A DNA stretch of 64,000 nt from a bacterium (GTDB lineage Bacteria > Armatimonadota > UBA5829): NCBI GenBank assembly GCA_021373255.1, contig JAJFTD010000123.1, forward strand, positions 2,351 to 66,350. The letters run 5' to 3'. The notes beneath the pieces are model-generated. The model searched no databases. It worked only from the letters and a program-made list of their open reading frames with translations, and was not told the DNA's origin. Of the stretch, positions 62,275-64,000 are shown piece after piece. The translations under genes were made by a program, and so were the position numbers. How positions within the stretch are numbered: the first letter of the stretch is position 1; every line of letters starts with the position of its first letter.

Positions 62275-64000
62275 CTACAACTCCGGTGGAATCCCCACAC
62301 TTTCACCGCTGGGGGTCATCTCACTCCAATTTTTGCCCCACTTCACGTCCGCCCTTACAGGAACTCTCATTGCGTAAGCCTGTTCCATCCCCTCTCGCAC
62401 CAGGTTGTGAACCGTATCAAGCTCTTCAGGCGGGACTTCCAAAAGAAGCTCATCGTGTACCTGCAGGAGCATCTTGCTCTTTACTCCCGAAGCCTTGAGG
62501 GCATTGTGCACACGGATCATTGCCAGTTTCATGATATCTGCGGCAGTGCCCTGGATGGGCATGTTTACAGCGGCGCGCTCGGCAAACTGCCTGATGTTGC
62601 GGTTGGCGCTGTTGATGTCGGGGATATACCGGCGCCTGCCCATCAGCGTGGACACATAGCCTTGATTATGGGCAAGTTCGGTGGTCTCATCAATGTAGCG
62701 TCGAACTCCGGGCAGCTTGGCGAAGTAGGTCTCGATGAAATCATGCGCCTCATGGACCGACACCCCCAGCGCCTTTGAAAGGGTGAAATCCGCCATTCCA
62801 TAGATCACCGCGAAGTTGACTGTCTTAGCGCGGCGGCGCATCTCAGGAGTCACATCCTGCGGAGTAACACTGAATAATGTGCACGCCGTTGCAGTGTGGA
62901 TATCTTCATCATTTTCAAATGCGCTGATTAGTGCTTCGTCACCTGTCACGTGAGCGAGAATGCGAAGCTCGATCTGAGAATAGTCCGCTGAGAGAAGCAG
63001 ATTGTCACCCGATGCAATGAACGCCTTTCGTATTTCCCTACCGAGTTCCGTACGGACGGGAATGTTTTGCAGGTTCGGGTCGCTGGACGACAGCCGCCCG
63101 GTAGCAGTCACAGCCTGGTTTAGCGATGTATGAATGCGGCCTGTCCTGGGATTGATCAGCTTGGGTAAGGCATCCGCATAGGTAGACTTGATCTTGGTAA
63201 GCTCACGATAGCGCAAGACGTCCTGAACTATTGGATACTCGACAGCGAGTTCCTCAAGAGCAGACGCACTGGTTGAGTAGCCGGTCTTCGTCTTCTTAGA
63301 TGCCTGCAATCCGAGCCTATCAAAAAGGACAGCCTGGAGCTGCTTCGTAGAGCCGATGTTGAACTCTTCGCCCGCCTGCTCGAATATGCGCCGCTCTACT
63401 TCGCGAATCTCTACGTTCAGCGTGACCGACAGCGCTCCGAGTTGCTCCACATCCACGGCAACACCGTTCAACTCCATATCAGCGAGGATGGGGGCGAGGG
63501 GGAGTTCGACATCACGGAACAACGCCGTAAGATCATCAGCCTCCAATCGCTCTTCCATAATGGGCTTCAGCCGGTAGATGGCTTCAGCTTCGCCGCAGAT
63601 CATGGTAACATCGTCGACCTGCGTGTCCTGCTTCTTCGCCGTAATGCCGGGCAGCTCAAGTGATATCTGTTCAAAGGCTACATCGCCTATATCAAACGAG
63701 CCACGAGAGGAGTCCAGCAGGTACGCCGCAAGCATGGAGTCAAACTCGACACCCTTCAGATGCACCCCACGCAGGGCCAGAGCAGCGTGATTGAGTTTGG
63801 AGTCATGGCAATATTTCGCTACGGATGCTGAACTTAGGATTTCTTTGAACTGTGAGAGATCAGCCTGAAACGAGCTATCCAGCGCGAGTTCGAGTGAATC
63901 CCCCATCTTCTTTATGGGATCAATGATCTCGACATAGGCCGTATCACCAGGACCCTTGCAGAAGCTGATGCCGATCAACTCGGCATCTATGGACTTGCCG
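62275..64000 (-). CDS. polA: DNA polymerase I (C-terminal 3'-5' exo-like and polymerase domains; N-terminus lies beyond the window)
   Basis: 'LSADYSQIELRILAH' (motif A), 'RRRAKTVNFAVIYG' (motif B) and 'QVHDELLLEV' (motif C). The frame stays open to nt 64000. Confidence 0.96.
   Translation of the reverse strand, partial: GKSIDAELIGISFCKGPGDTAYVEIIDPIKKMGDSLELALDSSFQADLSQFKEILSSASVAKYCHDSKLNHAALALRGVHLKGVEFDSMLAAYLLDSSRGSFDIGDVAFEQISLELPGITAKKQDTQVDDVTMICGEAEAIYRLKPIMEERLEADDLTALFRDVELPLAPILADMELNGVAVDVEQLGALSVTLNVEIREVERRIFEQAGEEFNIGSTKQLQAVLFDRLGLQASKKTKTGYSTSASALEELAVEYPIVQDVLRYRELTKIKSTYADALPKLINPRTGRIHTSLNQAVTATGRLSSSDPNLQNIPVRTELGREIRKAFIASGDNLLLSADYSQIELRILAHVTGDEALISAFENDEDIHTATACTLFSVTPQDVTPEMRRRAKTVNFAVIYGMADFTLSKALGVSVHEAHDFIETYFAKLPGVRRYIDETTELAHNQGYVSTLMGRRRYIPDINSANRNIRQFAERAAVNMPIQGTAADIMKLAMIRVHNALKASGVKSKMLLQVHDELLLEVPPEELDTVHNLVREGMEQAYAMRVPVRADVKWGKNWSEMTPSGESVGIPPEL

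Overview
This is a 64 kb chromosomal window from a diderm-type bacterium, judged from its LptD/OstA-like and SurA-like genes. It is about 50% GC by eye, and no taxon can be assigned from sequence alone. I found no rRNA, tRNA, CRISPR array, transposase or integrase. Recognisable housekeeping genes are uvrB, rpsA, coaE, a partial polA, rpiB-tkt with a divergent transaldolase-like gene, a TrxB-like reductase, ohr and a Zn-ADH. A GH94 phosphorylase operon and several LacI/AraC regulators are also present. Three regions stand out. (1) 1-2000 holds a small array of immunity-protein-like cassettes separated by halves of one palindrome. (2) 9096-20259 is a compact minus-strand operon encoding a 1788-aa fusion of a PA/M28-peptidase-like ectodomain to an FtsX permease. 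It also encodes an OPT-like membrane protein, an orphan PqqD-like protein, a second FtsX permease and a MacB/LolD-type ATPase. (3) 40381-55881 is a five-gene envelope locus. It encodes a roughly 2680-aa repeat protein, a 677-aa secreted protein, an S8 subtilase and two paralogous LpoB/CsgG-fold-like proteins. Three of these proteins share a C-terminal domain of about 200-260 aa that I cannot assign to any family. A short sequence motif links loci (2) and (3). All functional calls rest on motif recognition in the supplied translations; no searches were run.
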